Positions 8,000 through 18,303 of a stretch of 31,873 nt of DNA are shown piece after piece (within the stretch, counting starts at the first letter, position 1; the number at the start of each line of letters is the position of its first letter). This DNA is from an uncultured archaeon. Its GTDB lineage: Archaea > Asgardarchaeota > Lokiarchaeia > Sigyniarchaeales > Promethearchaeaceae. Location of the stretch: NCBI GenBank assembly GCA_964426185.1, contig CAYRPF010000034.1, forward strand, positions 1-31,873, written 5' to 3'. The notes beneath the pieces were generated by a model. It saw only the letters and a list, made by a program, of their open reading frames with translations. It did not search any database and had not been told where the DNA came from. The position numbers were made by a program, and so were the translations under genes.

Positions 8000-9529
8000 A
8001 TGCCATCAAAACCTTTTACAGTTGGATTTTATACAATAAAATCTCGTGGAAAAATAGATAGTAACTATAAAACTCTCGCTCAATTATTGCAAAATAGTGG
8101 ATTTGAACCAATTAAATTTACAGAATTTCCGATATCCCGCCATAATTTAGCAACAATTGACATATTAGTCATTCCTTGCCCAGATAATCATAAATTCAAT
8201 AAAACTGAAATCCAAGCGATAAAAAGTTGGGTTGCTGAAGATGGAGGAGGAATATTTATGCTTAGTCATGCGGGAGGCGATAAAGGCCGCCGTACTAATT
8301 TATCAGAACTTTCAGAACAATTTGGGATGGTTTTTGAAAATAATCAAGTACTTGATAAATTTCATAATCAAGGTGTTGAAAATCTCCCGATTATTGAAAA
8401 TTTTTCAGTTCCCCATCCTATTAATGAAAATCTTCACAGAATTGTTTTTCGAGCAGGTTGTAGTCTTTCAACAACTGGAATTAACGTTACTCCAGTTATT
8501 TCTTCTGGTCCAAAAGCAGATCCATTTGAATCTCCTTTGATACTTGCATGTGAAGATGGAGAAGGAAGAGCGGTGGCAATAGGTTCATATGAAATGTTTC
8601 GAGATAAGATCACAGGGGGAATTAACCAAGATGACCATCGACAATTAGGTTTAAATATTTTTAATTGGTTAAAAACTACGCGTAGAGAACAAATTAAAGA
8701 GGGTATTACTCCAAATATTTCACTTTCTAATTCATTTTCCGCGGATAAAACATCTACTACGAATCCCCAAATAACACCACAATTCCCAAACGCATCAACC
8801 GATGTACAATTTCAACCTTATATTGGTGCAAAGACCTATGAATCAAATGTTAAAATTTTAGCAGGAGAAGATTTGTTAAATGCCTTTGAATCAACCTTGA
8901 ATGAATTCTTCACTTTCAAACAACGTGTTTTAGAAGACTTAAACAAATTTGAGACCAATCTCGCGTTGCTCATGAAAGCAGTGCTTGCTTCTGAAAAAGA
9001 TATAATCGCCTTCAAACAACAGCAAGCATTAGAATCAAATTCAAGTGAATCTTCAACATTTAATAAATCAACTAAATCACAAGAATCTTCATCAAAAACA
9101 ACCACAAACGATCTCAGCGGAATGACTTCAACAAGCCCTACTCCCGATGAAGTTTTTGCAGATTTGAAGAAAGATTTTATTAAAACATCTAACTCTTCCC
9201 CAGAGATTGAAACAGCAATTGAAACACCTGCAGAAGTTAAATTGCGACAGAAACCAATTAAATCAACCTTATCATCTCCCTCTGCCAAAACTTCTTTAAA
9301 ACCAGATAATGTATCGGTTCATAAAACCAAGAAAGAGCTAGAAGATGAAATTATTACTTTGGAGAATAAACTAAACAGCATCAAAAATTTAAGAGAATTC
9401 GTAGAAAAAAAATTTGCTTCGGGAAATCTATCAGAAAAGCGCTATCAAAAACAAATTAAAAAATTAGATCAAGATGTGGAAGAAACGAAGTCAAGATTAA
9501 ACGAAATTCGAGATACACTCAAAAATTGA
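8000..9529 (+). CDS. GIFT (GldG/IFT52-like) domain protein with Ser/Thr-rich linker and C-terminal coiled coil; no signal peptide
   Basis: P-x2-3-KF-x3-E-x3-IK, GGG.F, GG-x5-TNL, FG and AVAIGSYEMF.D...FNWL motifs are collinear with the IFT52 N-terminal domain as recalled; heptad-rich C-terminus. Confidence 0.75.
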   Translation: MPSKPFTVGFYTIKSRGKIDSNYKTLAQLLQNSGFEPIKFTEFPISRHNLATIDILVIPCPDNHKFNKTEIQAIKSWVAEDGGGIFMLSHAGGDKGRRTNLSELSEQFGMVFENNQVLDKFHNQGVENLPIIENFSVPHPINENLHRIVFRAGCSLSTTGINVTPVISSGPKADPFESPLILACEDGEGRAVAIGSYEMFRDKITGGINQDDHRQLGLNIFNWLKTTRREQIKEGITPNISLSNSFSADKTSTTNPQITPQFPNASTDVQFQPYIGAKTYESNVKILAGEDLLNAFESTLNEFFTFKQRVLEDLNKFETNLALLMKAVLASEKDIIAFKQQQALESNSSESSTFNKSTKSQESSSKTTTNDLSGMTSTSPTPDEVFADLKKDFIKTSNSSPEIETAIETPAEVKLRQKPIKSTLSSPSAKTSLKPDNVSVHKTKKELEDEIITLENKLNSIKNLREFVEKKFASGNLSEKRYQKQIKKLDQDVEETKSRLNEIRDTLKN

Positions 9530-9544
9530 TCCTTTTTTCAATTT

Positions 9545-9763
9545 TTATTCGATTTTATACTCTAATTTTGTAACAGAAACCCCTCTTTCCACAAAATCTT
9601 CATCCAAAAAAATTATCGCAAAATGGTTTTCGTGGGGTACAACTAATGGATAAGGCCAATAATCAGCTGTTTCGCGAAATTTAGCTTGAAAGGCATCGTC
9701 CAGATTTATAGTAATTGTTTTCTGGCAATAATAACAATAAAAGCGAACTTTTTTGGCAACCAT
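9545..9763 (-). CDS. Small protein with CxxC plus HxxH, possible Zn-binding
   Basis: FYCYYC and PHENH...LDEDFVERG; clean 72-aa ORF convergent with its neighbour. Confidence 0.75.
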   Translation of the reverse strand: MVAKKVRFYCYYCQKTITINLDDAFQAKFRETADYWPYPLVVPHENHFAIIFLDEDFVERGVSVTKLEYKIE

Positions 9764-10058
9764 TTGGATCCTCTGTATAAAATTATGAAATGGAGCTTAA
9801 ATACTTATCTTAAATTTTGATTCTATTTTTAGACCGTGAAATTTCTTAAATTAGAAAATTTATGAAGTTAATTAGGAACCCTCTATACAATTTCGCTTAG
9901 TTGTGATAAATCTTTCTATTTTAATATGTTTTTTTGATTTAAGCAATTATATTTCATGTTTCGGTTTTAGTCAAACCAAATTATTATATAATTCAATTGC
10001 CATTAATACCATACCTACAAGGGAAATCAAACATTTTTTCCCGATTTAAGGTGAGCAT

Positions 10059-12236
10059 ATGAAATCAATGAAAACCATAGCAATTGTTAGTATCTTTCTT
10101 CTCTCAATGGTTTCGGTTCCCATCACAGATTTTGTGAAAGCTAATGGGGATTCTAACTATGGAAATGAAATAGATACTCCCCAAGAAGGGAAAGAATTAG
10201 CTTTTATTTTAGGTGATATGTTTTCCACATTTCGAGAATTTGGTGCTTCGGGAGAATTATTCGCTCAGGTTTTTGAATTAATGTTCTCTAATTTTGAAAA
10301 TATGTCCAATACTGAATCAGATGTAAAGGGAATGTATGTTTTAAACGCTTCAATTATTTCAGAAAAAAGCAGCACAGAAGTTGATTACGGCGATGATGAT
10401 GTTTCAACATATTTTCCATGGCGAATATATGATTTAGAAAACGCAACTAATCCTGATGATCAAGATGAATATCCATATTTTGTTCTGGAAAGAAATGGCC
10501 AATTAGTTATTAACAAAACTGAAGGTGCTTCTCTAACCTTTATTATTTGGGATGATGATGGCTCTTTTATTAAAGCCCTTGATAATGTAATCAACACAGC
10601 AAAATCGTTTATAGAAATCGAACGTGGTGTAGAAGAAGGTACAATCACTGATCAACAGGCACAATCTCGTGCTTTATCCGCTTTGGTTGAGGCAGTGTCT
10701 TATTTCTTGATCCATATCAATGACATTATCACTGGAGATGAAGTAATTATCTTAAATATCATTGGATTTACCAACTATCAAATGTCTTTTAATGGAACTG
10801 TCGATGGAACTTGGTATATCACTGAAAACGGAGTTCCTAACAATAATCGCACCTTAGACGAAGCCTATCCTGATTGGTTCAGTGATTTTAGTCTGCTAGC
10901 CCAATTATATGACGATGAATACATGCAATATCTTTTAAATGAAGATTATAACATGACTAACAGTAATCAAGAATATACTGCATTTTCTTTCGATTTAATA
11001 GAACTATGGTTGAAAGAATTTCAAGTTTCTATCGATGCGGAGGCAATTCTCGGTGCTATTGCTGGAGAAGAAGGTCATGAATACTTCAATGATAAAACTG
11101 CTACAGATATCTTTCAAGAATTAAAATTGGAATTCTACATCTTCACCCATCACTTTCAGAATTACTATTTATTTGATGATCAAAAATTCGATTCTCCAAT
11201 TTACTCCACAGAAGACCAAGCAAAGGCAAATAATGGGGTTCCTAATGTTATCTGGGAAAATGTCACCGAATATGAAGGAGATATGATTGAGCGTATAACT
11301 GATTCTGAAATAGAATACTATTTACTACTTAAAAATGCAGCAGACTGGACTTTTATTGAACCGACTTTTAACACCGCAGAAGGATCAGTTGAATGGGGAA
11401 TACATGTTGATGATCTTGAATTTCGCGTGCTACCTGTTGGGATGCAAGATGATCAAGTGGATGAAAGCGTAGCACCTATTGAAAAAATGGATTATTTGGA
11501 ACTTGGGTTTACATTCAAACCGAATAAACGTGAAAAAGTTGATACATCAGGATTTGATTATATTAATGCAAAAGGTGAAACCACCATGGGATCTGCTAAA
11601 GTAAAACTACTCCAGTCTTTTGGATTATGGGAGCGAGATACTGATGGAAAACCCTTTACACCTGCATTAAAAACCCATGAATATCAATTATCCACAGTAT
11701 TTATGAGTACTATCTTTCATTTCAAACTCTGGATTGAAAACAAACAAATAACCGAAGGAGCAGAGCAACCCAGTCAAGCACTCCTTAATGAGAGTAACTA
11801 TAACCGAGAAACATCGAAAGTAAAGGTCGGAAATGTTGAGAAAGATCTACCTTTAGCAGAAATCGATATTGCTGGCCCAGATTATGAGAAAACCACAGCC
11901 GATGATGTCACTACTACTCATCACGCAAAAACAACCACAATTCCAGCAGCTTACGCCGAATGGGAAGGCAAAAATAGCCAAACATATGTTCAAGAAGATA
12001 ATTCCACCGCTCGGCTTAATTCTACTATAAATTTCGATTTCTCCCTTCTGGTTTATGCAGTTTCATATGATGTGTTCTCTTCATCAGGAGATGAAATTGT
12101 TCATGACCCAACCTTTTCGATCTTTATTGTTTCGGAAAATCCCGGACTTTGGGCAGTAATTTTGGTGGTAGGAAGTGTATCGTTGGTAGGAATAGCCGCT
12201 TTCTTAATTACACGCCGAAAACAATTAGCAATGTAG
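10059..12236 (+). CDS. Secreted acidic cell-surface glycoprotein with C-terminal TM anchor
   Basis: GGTGAG SD, signal peptide, many N-x-S/T sequons, IVHDPTF motif before the TM helix, basic tail RRKQ. Confidence 0.85.
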   Translation: MKSMKTIAIVSIFLLSMVSVPITDFVKANGDSNYGNEIDTPQEGKELAFILGDMFSTFREFGASGELFAQVFELMFSNFENMSNTESDVKGMYVLNASIISEKSSTEVDYGDDDVSTYFPWRIYDLENATNPDDQDEYPYFVLERNGQLVINKTEGASLTFIIWDDDGSFIKALDNVINTAKSFIEIERGVEEGTITDQQAQSRALSALVEAVSYFLIHINDIITGDEVIILNIIGFTNYQMSFNGTVDGTWYITENGVPNNNRTLDEAYPDWFSDFSLLAQLYDDEYMQYLLNEDYNMTNSNQEYTAFSFDLIELWLKEFQVSIDAEAILGAIAGEEGHEYFNDKTATDIFQELKLEFYIFTHHFQNYYLFDDQKFDSPIYSTEDQAKANNGVPNVIWENVTEYEGDMIERITDSEIEYYLLLKNAADWTFIEPTFNTAEGSVEWGIHVDDLEFRVLPVGMQDDQVDESVAPIEKMDYLELGFTFKPNKREKVDTSGFDYINAKGETTMGSAKVKLLQSFGLWERDTDGKPFTPALKTHEYQLSTVFMSTIFHFKLWIENKQITEGAEQPSQALLNESNYNRETSKVKVGNVEKDLPLAEIDIAGPDYEKTTADDVTTTHHAKTTTIPAAYAEWEGKNSQTYVQEDNSTARLNSTINFDFSLLVYAVSYDVFSSSGDEIVHDPTFSIFIVSENPGLWAVILVVGSVSLVGIAAFLITRRKQLAM

Positions 12237-12279
12237 TGACAATTTTTTATAGTGTAATGTAGTGACAATTTTTTATAGT
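12230..12279. repeat. Exact 24-bp direct repeat (period 26) duplicating the stop codon region
   Basis: AATGTAGTGACAATTTTTTATAGT at 12230-12253 and 12256-12279. Confidence 0.95.
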
Positions 12280-12330
12280 TTTTTTATGTTTTTTCCTTTT
12301 CCTTACTTTTTTATGTTTTTTTTCCTTTTA
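12280..12330 (+). terminator. Duplicated oligo-T terminator tract
   Basis: TTTTTTATG(T)nCCTTTT occurs twice downstream of the surface protein gene. Confidence 0.6.
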
Positions 12331-12347
12331 ATTCTTGATTTGGTAAC

Positions 12348-12737
12348 ATGTCGAAAATAGGTCCTTTCTCTCCCTACGAAATCGGAGATAAATTGCAGAA
12401 AATTCCTCTTGATGAAATGAAAGCCTACCATCTCAAACGAATTAAAAAATATCGATGGTATACAATCGGAGCGGTAGTGTGGGCAATACTCTGTACAGTT
12501 GCATTCTTTCTTTTTGTAAATTTGCGAATTTATACTGCCATTGCTGCAATAATAGGAGTTATTGCTATTTCATATACTAAATTCGAACAACGAAAATGGA
12601 TTCGCCTTTACGAAAACTTACTATATTTTAAAAAGAGAAGAGAAAAAATCCATTCCGAAAAAAATAAATCAAAAAATCCTTATCAAAATCAAGATAAATA
12701 CCAACGAGCACTGAAACATAATAAAAAAAAGGATTAA
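12348..12737 (+). CDS. Hypothetical 2-TM membrane protein with basic C-terminus
   Basis: Hydrophobic hairpin at about aa 37-76; Lys-rich tail. Confidence 0.75.
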   Translation: MSKIGPFSPYEIGDKLQKIPLDEMKAYHLKRIKKYRWYTIGAVVWAILCTVAFFLFVNLRIYTAIAAIIGVIAISYTKFEQRKWIRLYENLLYFKKRREKIHSEKNKSKNPYQNQDKYQRALKHNKKKD

Positions 12738-12741
12738 AATT

Positions 12742-13794
12742 CTATTTTAATGCATTAAGAATAACTTTTTCAATAACAAGAATGCTATTTTCGATATCAT
12801 CTGCAGTTATACCGTAATGAGTGACAAATCTGATTCTAGGGCCCATATCGAATTGGTAAATTCCTTCTTTTTGTAATTGCTGTGATAACTCATAGGCATT
12901 AATATTTTCTGGAACAGGTAACATCACGATATTTGTTTCAGGCATCTCAATGTGAAAATCTGGAAAAGCATCTTGTATTCCCCTGGCCAATAGTTGAGCA
13001 TTCTGATGATCCTCTTGAAGTCGATGAATCCAATTGTCTTCAATGGCAACCAAACCCATTGCAGCAAGAATTCCTGCCTGACGCCACCCGCCTCCCAGCA
13101 TTTTACGTATTTTCCGCGCTTTTGTAATGAATTCCTCCGACCCCGCAATAATCGAGCCCACTGGACAAGAGAGCCCCTTAGAAAGGCAAAATTGAACTGA
13201 ATCAACATATTGTGTGAATTCGGAAGCGGGAATTCCTTTAGCAACTGCCGCATTAAATATTCTTGCACCATCCAAATGAACCTTCAAATTATTTGAATCT
13301 GCGAATTTACGTATATTTTGGAATAAATCTACTGGTAATATAACCCCGCCGTGATAATTGTGAGTATTTTCTAAGCAAATCATCGTTGTAGGAATTTCAT
13401 GAATATCCTCTGCATAGTGAATTAAGGGTTGTAGGTTGAAAGGATCAAAGATCCCCTTTTGAGAAGGATAAGTTCTCATTACCAATCCACCTAAACGAGC
13501 AGCGCCTCCAACTTCATATTTGTATATATGAGCGTATTCCTCGATTAGTATTTCTTCTCCAGGGTGCGTATGAGTGAGCAACGAAGTTAAATTTCCTTGT
13601 GTTCCAGAAGTTACAAATAAAGCCGCTTCTTTCCCAACCAATTTGGCACATTTTTCTTCCAATTTGTTAACTGTGGGATCTTCTCTTTCGACATCATCTC
13701 CTAAGTCATCATTTTTCAGCGATTTAATCGCTTCCCACATTTCAGAAGAAGGTTTAGTAACTGTATCAGAGCGAAAATCGAAAATTTGAGGCAT
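12742..13794 (-). CDS. ltaE: Low-specificity L-threonine aldolase (PLP-dependent)
   Basis: DFRSDTVTKP, SGTQGN, LENTHN, HLDGARIFNA, FCLSKGL (PLP lysine), RKMLGGG.RQAG, RFVTH. Confidence 0.95.
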   Translation of the reverse strand: MPQIFDFRSDTVTKPSSEMWEAIKSLKNDDLGDDVEREDPTVNKLEEKCAKLVGKEAALFVTSGTQGNLTSLLTHTHPGEEILIEEYAHIYKYEVGGAARLGGLVMRTYPSQKGIFDPFNLQPLIHYAEDIHEIPTTMICLENTHNYHGGVILPVDLFQNIRKFADSNNLKVHLDGARIFNAAVAKGIPASEFTQYVDSVQFCLSKGLSCPVGSIIAGSEEFITKARKIRKMLGGGWRQAGILAAMGLVAIEDNWIHRLQEDHQNAQLLARGIQDAFPDFHIEMPETNIVMLPVPENINAYELSQQLQKEGIYQFDMGPRIRFVTHYGITADDIENSILVIEKVILNALK

Positions 13795-13989
13795 AATGAA
13801 GAAAGTGAGTGCTTTTATTTGATTATTCGCATTACCTAAAAAACCTTTTTCGTTAATTTATAGTAGTATTGAAAGGGATGCAATCATGCCTACAATTCAG
13901 CAAAGTGCAGTTTTGGCAATGAAATTAAAAAAAACAGAAATGAAATAAGAAAAAAAACAGCAGAAATTTATTTTCTTAAAGGATTACAA

Positions 13990-15780
13990 CTATTCCTTAC
14001 CCTTCTTAAATAAAGGATCTGCTTCTTGAAGAGTTCGGCGCATTATTTTACCAACATTGCTCTTGGGAATTTCATCGATAATTTCTACGTATTTCGGTGC
14101 TTTCCACTTCGTCATGTTTTCCAAAGCCCATTGACGGAGTTCTTCGGCAGAAATCGTTCCACGGGCATTTGGTTTCAAGGCAACCCACGCTTTTACTGCT
14201 TCACCGGTTTTTTCATCTGGTAATCCCGCTACTGCAACTTCTAGCACTTTAGGATGCTCCCCTAATAAAGATTCTACTTCCTTCGGAAATACGGAATGTC
14301 CCGCCATTTTAATGAGTTGTTTCTTCCGATCACGGATAGCAATTCGGCCGTGTTCATCCATAAAGCCAATATCTCCTGTCAACAACCATTTACGACCATC
14401 CCACTCTCGAATGTGTGTGGCTGTTTGTTCTGGATTCTGATAGTAACCTTTCATAACTTGAGGTCCACAGCAGCAGATTTCGCCCGTTCCTTCTTCGCCA
14501 ATTTTATCAATAGGTCCTTTTGAGAAATCTTCAGAATCAAAGATCATCCAATCTGTTCCTGGTGTAGGGACACCTATATAACCAGGTTCCCGAATTCCGT
14601 AGAAGTTATTGCATGAAACAACAGGACTAGCTTCAGACAAACCATAACCTTCAGTGATTTTTGCACCAGTTTTTTCTTCAAAGGGTTTGCGTACATATTC
14701 GTGTAATGGTCCGGCGCCGCTGATGCACAATTTCAATTTACCAGAGAGAGGATGTTTATCCAATACTTCTTGCGGAAGTTCTGCAATTCGTTGAAAGAGT
14801 ATTTCAGCAGCACAATAAATAAACCCATTATAATCAGGTAAGGTGGTAATGGTTTCAATCAACTCTTCTGTGGGGGGTGGTTTGGGGAAAAGCATCATCC
14901 AACCTCCACAAGCAATGGATGTATTCATCACAGTTGTCATAGCAAAACTATGGTATAATGGGAGCACACCTACCATTCCAGTTTTATGTCCTAAAGGAGG
15001 AGCAGTACTTCCTTCGGGTTGTTGTTTAGTCAAGATTTCTAAGCATTGAATTGCATTAGAAACAATATTTTGATGAGATAAATCTGCAGCTTTAGGCACA
15101 CCTGTGGTTCCACCAGTCATAATCAAAGTGGCTGTGTCATTTTCTGCATCAATTTCTACTTTAGGAGGATTAGGTGCTATTTTTAAGCAATCCATATATT
15201 TTACAGCATTGGGTCTCTCAACTTTGGCCGATGGAATTTTTTTAATCAATTTTCCCAAGAATTTCTTAAAACCAGAAAGCCCTGTTGCTTGATCCACTAA
15301 ATTCGTGATTATAATCTTATCAAAAGAGTACTGATCCTCAATTTTTGTGATGTAATGGAAATATAGTGCGTCTAATGCAATAAGCACTTTAGGTTTACAC
15401 ATTTTGAACTGATGCAGAATTTCTAAAGATTGATAGGTTGGGTTAATCCCAGTAATGGCTGCACCGATCTTTACAGTGGCATAATAGGTCACTACATATT
15501 GGATGCAGTTTGGCAAATGAACTGCCACCACATCGCCCTTTTTCACGCCTATCGAATCTAAATAGGTCGCAAAGCGATCTACCATATCCTTTAATTCAGC
15601 ATAACTCACCCAAGAATCCAAGAACCAAATAGCAGGATCATTGGAATATTTGGCAACCGCATCATCCAGCATTTTCCCTAGAGTAAGAGAGTAATCATAA
15701 TCTAGCTGATGCGGGACTCCTTTTGGCCAGAATTTTCCGTAGAAAGGTCGGTTTTCATCGACTTTGAACTTAGTTGTCAT
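13990..15780 (-). CDS. fadD: Long-chain-fatty-acid--CoA ligase (AMP-binding family)
   Basis: TGGTTGVPK, LPLYHSF, EGYGLSEASP, GPQVMKGYY, TGDIG, DRKK, PKSNVGKI. Confidence 0.9.
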   Translation of the reverse strand: MTTKFKVDENRPFYGKFWPKGVPHQLDYDYSLTLGKMLDDAVAKYSNDPAIWFLDSWVSYAELKDMVDRFATYLDSIGVKKGDVVAVHLPNCIQYVVTYYATVKIGAAITGINPTYQSLEILHQFKMCKPKVLIALDALYFHYITKIEDQYSFDKIIITNLVDQATGLSGFKKFLGKLIKKIPSAKVERPNAVKYMDCLKIAPNPPKVEIDAENDTATLIMTGGTTGVPKAADLSHQNIVSNAIQCLEILTKQQPEGSTAPPLGHKTGMVGVLPLYHSFAMTTVMNTSIACGGWMMLFPKPPPTEELIETITTLPDYNGFIYCAAEILFQRIAELPQEVLDKHPLSGKLKLCISGAGPLHEYVRKPFEEKTGAKITEGYGLSEASPVVSCNNFYGIREPGYIGVPTPGTDWMIFDSEDFSKGPIDKIGEEGTGEICCCGPQVMKGYYQNPEQTATHIREWDGRKWLLTGDIGFMDEHGRIAIRDRKKQLIKMAGHSVFPKEVESLLGEHPKVLEVAVAGLPDEKTGEAVKAWVALKPNARGTISAEELRQWALENMTKWKAPKYVEIIDEIPKSNVGKIMRRTLQEADPLFKKGKE

Positions 15781-16030
15781 TTTTTAACACTTCCCTGATT
15801 TTACTTAAAAAACATCGCTTTTAGAATTTAGTAAGGAAAAGAGTTTTGTAGCACCAGTTGTAAAATTCATAGCATCTTCTTTCACTAAATTCTAAAAAAT
15901 GATGAATTATTTCTCCTTTCTCGGCGAACCTTATAAATGTTCATCTTTTGAAATAATATATACCTTAGGCATAATCTTGATATATTCTCCGAAATTTACC
16001 AATTTATTAACTAAATTATTGTGTACACAA

Positions 16031-17212
16031 ATGATAATCTTAGAAGAACCATATGTATCTGATTTTCTGCAGAAAACACTCCAACGCTTGAAAATTCCGG
16101 TATTAAAAAATCAAGCAGTTAATAACTTGAATTTATCTAAAGACCTTAATTTTCTTTCTGCAAATAAATTTATTGAAATTTTTCGAAACAATACTGAAGT
16201 TCCAGTATATTGTCCATCGGAAAATGGATTAGATTGGATTATCCGCAATTTTGGCTGCATTAAACCAGAATTAGCGAATCAAATAAATATCTTTAAAGAT
16301 AAATTCAGGCTGCGAACTTTACTTAAGCCAGTTTTTCCAAATTTTCGATTTGAAAAGGTCAAAATGGCAGATCTCTCCACTTATGATGTAAGTTCATGGG
16401 ATTTTCCTCTTATTGTCAAACCAAATATCGGATTTTTCAGTGTAGCAGTTTATCGGGTTGATTCAGCAGATCAATGGAATGAAACCGTGGAAAATATAAT
16501 CACGGAATTTAATAACATGCAAGACGTATTTCCTGCTACTGTTCTTGATAATTCCAATTTTATCTTAGAATCTTTCATCGAAGGAGATGAATATGCTGTC
16601 GATGTTTATTTTAACGATAAATCTGAACCGGTAATTTTGAATGTGATGCAACACATTTTTGCAGGACCGAAAGATACAAGTGATCGTCTTTACATTACTT
16701 CTAAAGAGATTATTGAGCACACGCTTGATCCTTTAACTCAAATATTAACACAAATCGGCCAGATTTCAGAAGTAAAAAGATTTCCCCTTCATACAGAATT
16801 ACGGATCTCGAAAAGTGGAGAAGTTGGAATAATTGAAGTCAATCCGATGCGGTTTGCGGGCTTATGTGTTACTGATTTAGCATATTTCGCTTATGGAAGT
16901 AATAATTATGAGTTATTTTTCAATCAGCAAGCACCAGATTGGGACCGTTTATTAACAGAAAAAGAAGGAAAAATATATGCTATGATTTTGGGAACACTTC
17001 CACGGGATCTCCCCTTAGAAAAAGTTGAATCAGTTGACTATCAATCATTTTGCACCAAATTTTCCCATGTATTAGAATGTCGAGAGATGGATGTGCACAA
17101 AATCCCCTTATTTACAATTACCTTCGCAGAATTTGATGAAAGCACTATGGATGAAATGGATTGGGCTCTACATTCAGATTTTCGGGAATTTTTTAAGTTA
17201 AAGAGAAGATAA
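16031..17212 (+). CDS. ATP-grasp domain protein (start probably MIILEEP at 16031; ORF track starts at 15899)
   Basis: DKFRLR, FPLIVKP..GF.S..V, ESFIEGDEYAVD, HTELR, IEVNPMRFAG. Confidence 0.88.
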   Translation: MIILEEPYVSDFLQKTLQRLKIPVLKNQAVNNLNLSKDLNFLSANKFIEIFRNNTEVPVYCPSENGLDWIIRNFGCIKPELANQINIFKDKFRLRTLLKPVFPNFRFEKVKMADLSTYDVSSWDFPLIVKPNIGFFSVAVYRVDSADQWNETVENIITEFNNMQDVFPATVLDNSNFILESFIEGDEYAVDVYFNDKSEPVILNVMQHIFAGPKDTSDRLYITSKEIIEHTLDPLTQILTQIGQISEVKRFPLHTELRISKSGEVGIIEVNPMRFAGLCVTDLAYFAYGSNNYELFFNQQAPDWDRLLTEKEGKIYAMILGTLPRDLPLEKVESVDYQSFCTKFSHVLECREMDVHKIPLFTITFAEFDESTMDEMDWALHSDFREFFKLKRR

Positions 17213-17233
17213 AACAGAAAAGGTTCTCATTTT

Positions 17234-18058
17234 TCAATTTTTACTTTTATGTGCCTTCTCTTTTTTCAATTTTTGCTGTTCTTGCATAAACTCCAATACT
17301 TCCAAAATCGGGATAATTGTCATCGAGGCATAGTTAGGTCTGATCCTTCTGGGGCTTTTCTTCGCTTCTAGAGAAGCTAAATCTTCCATTTCATTATATA
17401 TATCATAATATTTCTGAGAGACTTCCTTAGTTAAAGCCGAAGAATAATATGAAACCGATGTGAAAATTTGGCGTTCTTTTTGCATATTCTTGAACGAATC
17501 CATGATTTTCTGCACTTGTTCTTGATTATGTGAATTCTGAATTATTTGATTTCTAGTATCTTCGAGATATTCCTGCCAGTATTTCATGATTTTAATTTTA
17601 TTCTGGTTAAAACTCATAAATGTTTCAATTTTTTCGATAAACTTATCCACATCGGATTTTTCTTTTAAATTATCCATTTGATTTTTATCTGCAGGGCAAT
17701 GTTTGCCGACATATTTAGTTTTTTCATCCGAATCTTGTGTTAGAGAATAGAGATAACGATTTTTATCGGACCGGACTTCTTCTTCCCGACATTTTTCCAC
17801 AATACCCGCATTAGTCATAAATTTAATATGATTAAATACCGCACTCTTACTTTTTCCCAGTAAATCCGCCATGTGCTTCAGGCTTAATTCGGGATATATG
17901 GATAAGAGGCTGTGAATCATAAATCTAGTTTTATTTTTCAGAATTTCCGTAGTAGAAATTTCTTCATTATGCGAAAATTCGCTTAGACTTGTCTTTTTTA
18001 GGATTTTTTGCTCGGTATTTTTTTTATCTTGATATTTCTTCTGTCCTTTTTGCAGCAT
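17234..18058 (-). CDS. ArsR-like winged-helix transcriptional regulator with helical C-terminal domain
   Basis: LKNKTRFMI, ELSLKHMADLLGKSKSAVFNHIKFM..AGIV, YLYSLT wing. Confidence 0.85.
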   Translation of the reverse strand: MLQKGQKKYQDKKNTEQKILKKTSLSEFSHNEEISTTEILKNKTRFMIHSLLSIYPELSLKHMADLLGKSKSAVFNHIKFMTNAGIVEKCREEEVRSDKNRYLYSLTQDSDEKTKYVGKHCPADKNQMDNLKEKSDVDKFIEKIETFMSFNQNKIKIMKYWQEYLEDTRNQIIQNSHNQEQVQKIMDSFKNMQKERQIFTSVSYYSSALTKEVSQKYYDIYNEMEDLASLEAKKSPRRIRPNYASMTIIPILEVLEFMQEQQKLKKEKAHKSKN

Positions 18059-18191
18059 TTTTAACTCATCTCATTTTTCCTTATCTTAATTTTTTCTTGA
18101 TTTTTTCTCAATTGTTTCTTAATTTGTTCCCTAATTGTTTTCTAATTGTGTTTTAGCAATTTACTATAGACTTATTTTTTATGAAAATATT

Positions 18192-18286
18192 AACGTTCAA
18201 TAATTATATACAATACAGAACATTTAAATATTAACAATTCTATCTTAATAATTAACGTTCAAATAAATATTCTAAAATAGAACGTT
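18192..18286. promoter_or_regulatory. Two copies of the inverted-repeat operator AACGTTC-N19-GAACRTT in a divergent promoter
   Basis: 18192-18224 (AACGTTC..GAACATT) and 18254-18286 (AACGTTC..GAACGTT); both spacers are 19 nt and both sites are preceded by ATT. Confidence 0.8.
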
Positions 18287-18303
18287 CAAATGGAGGAACA
18301 AAA

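Noticed and set aside
12230-12330. Direct repeats as a mini-CRISPR array
   Set aside because: Only two copies with a 2-nt gap, no spacers, no cas genes in the window
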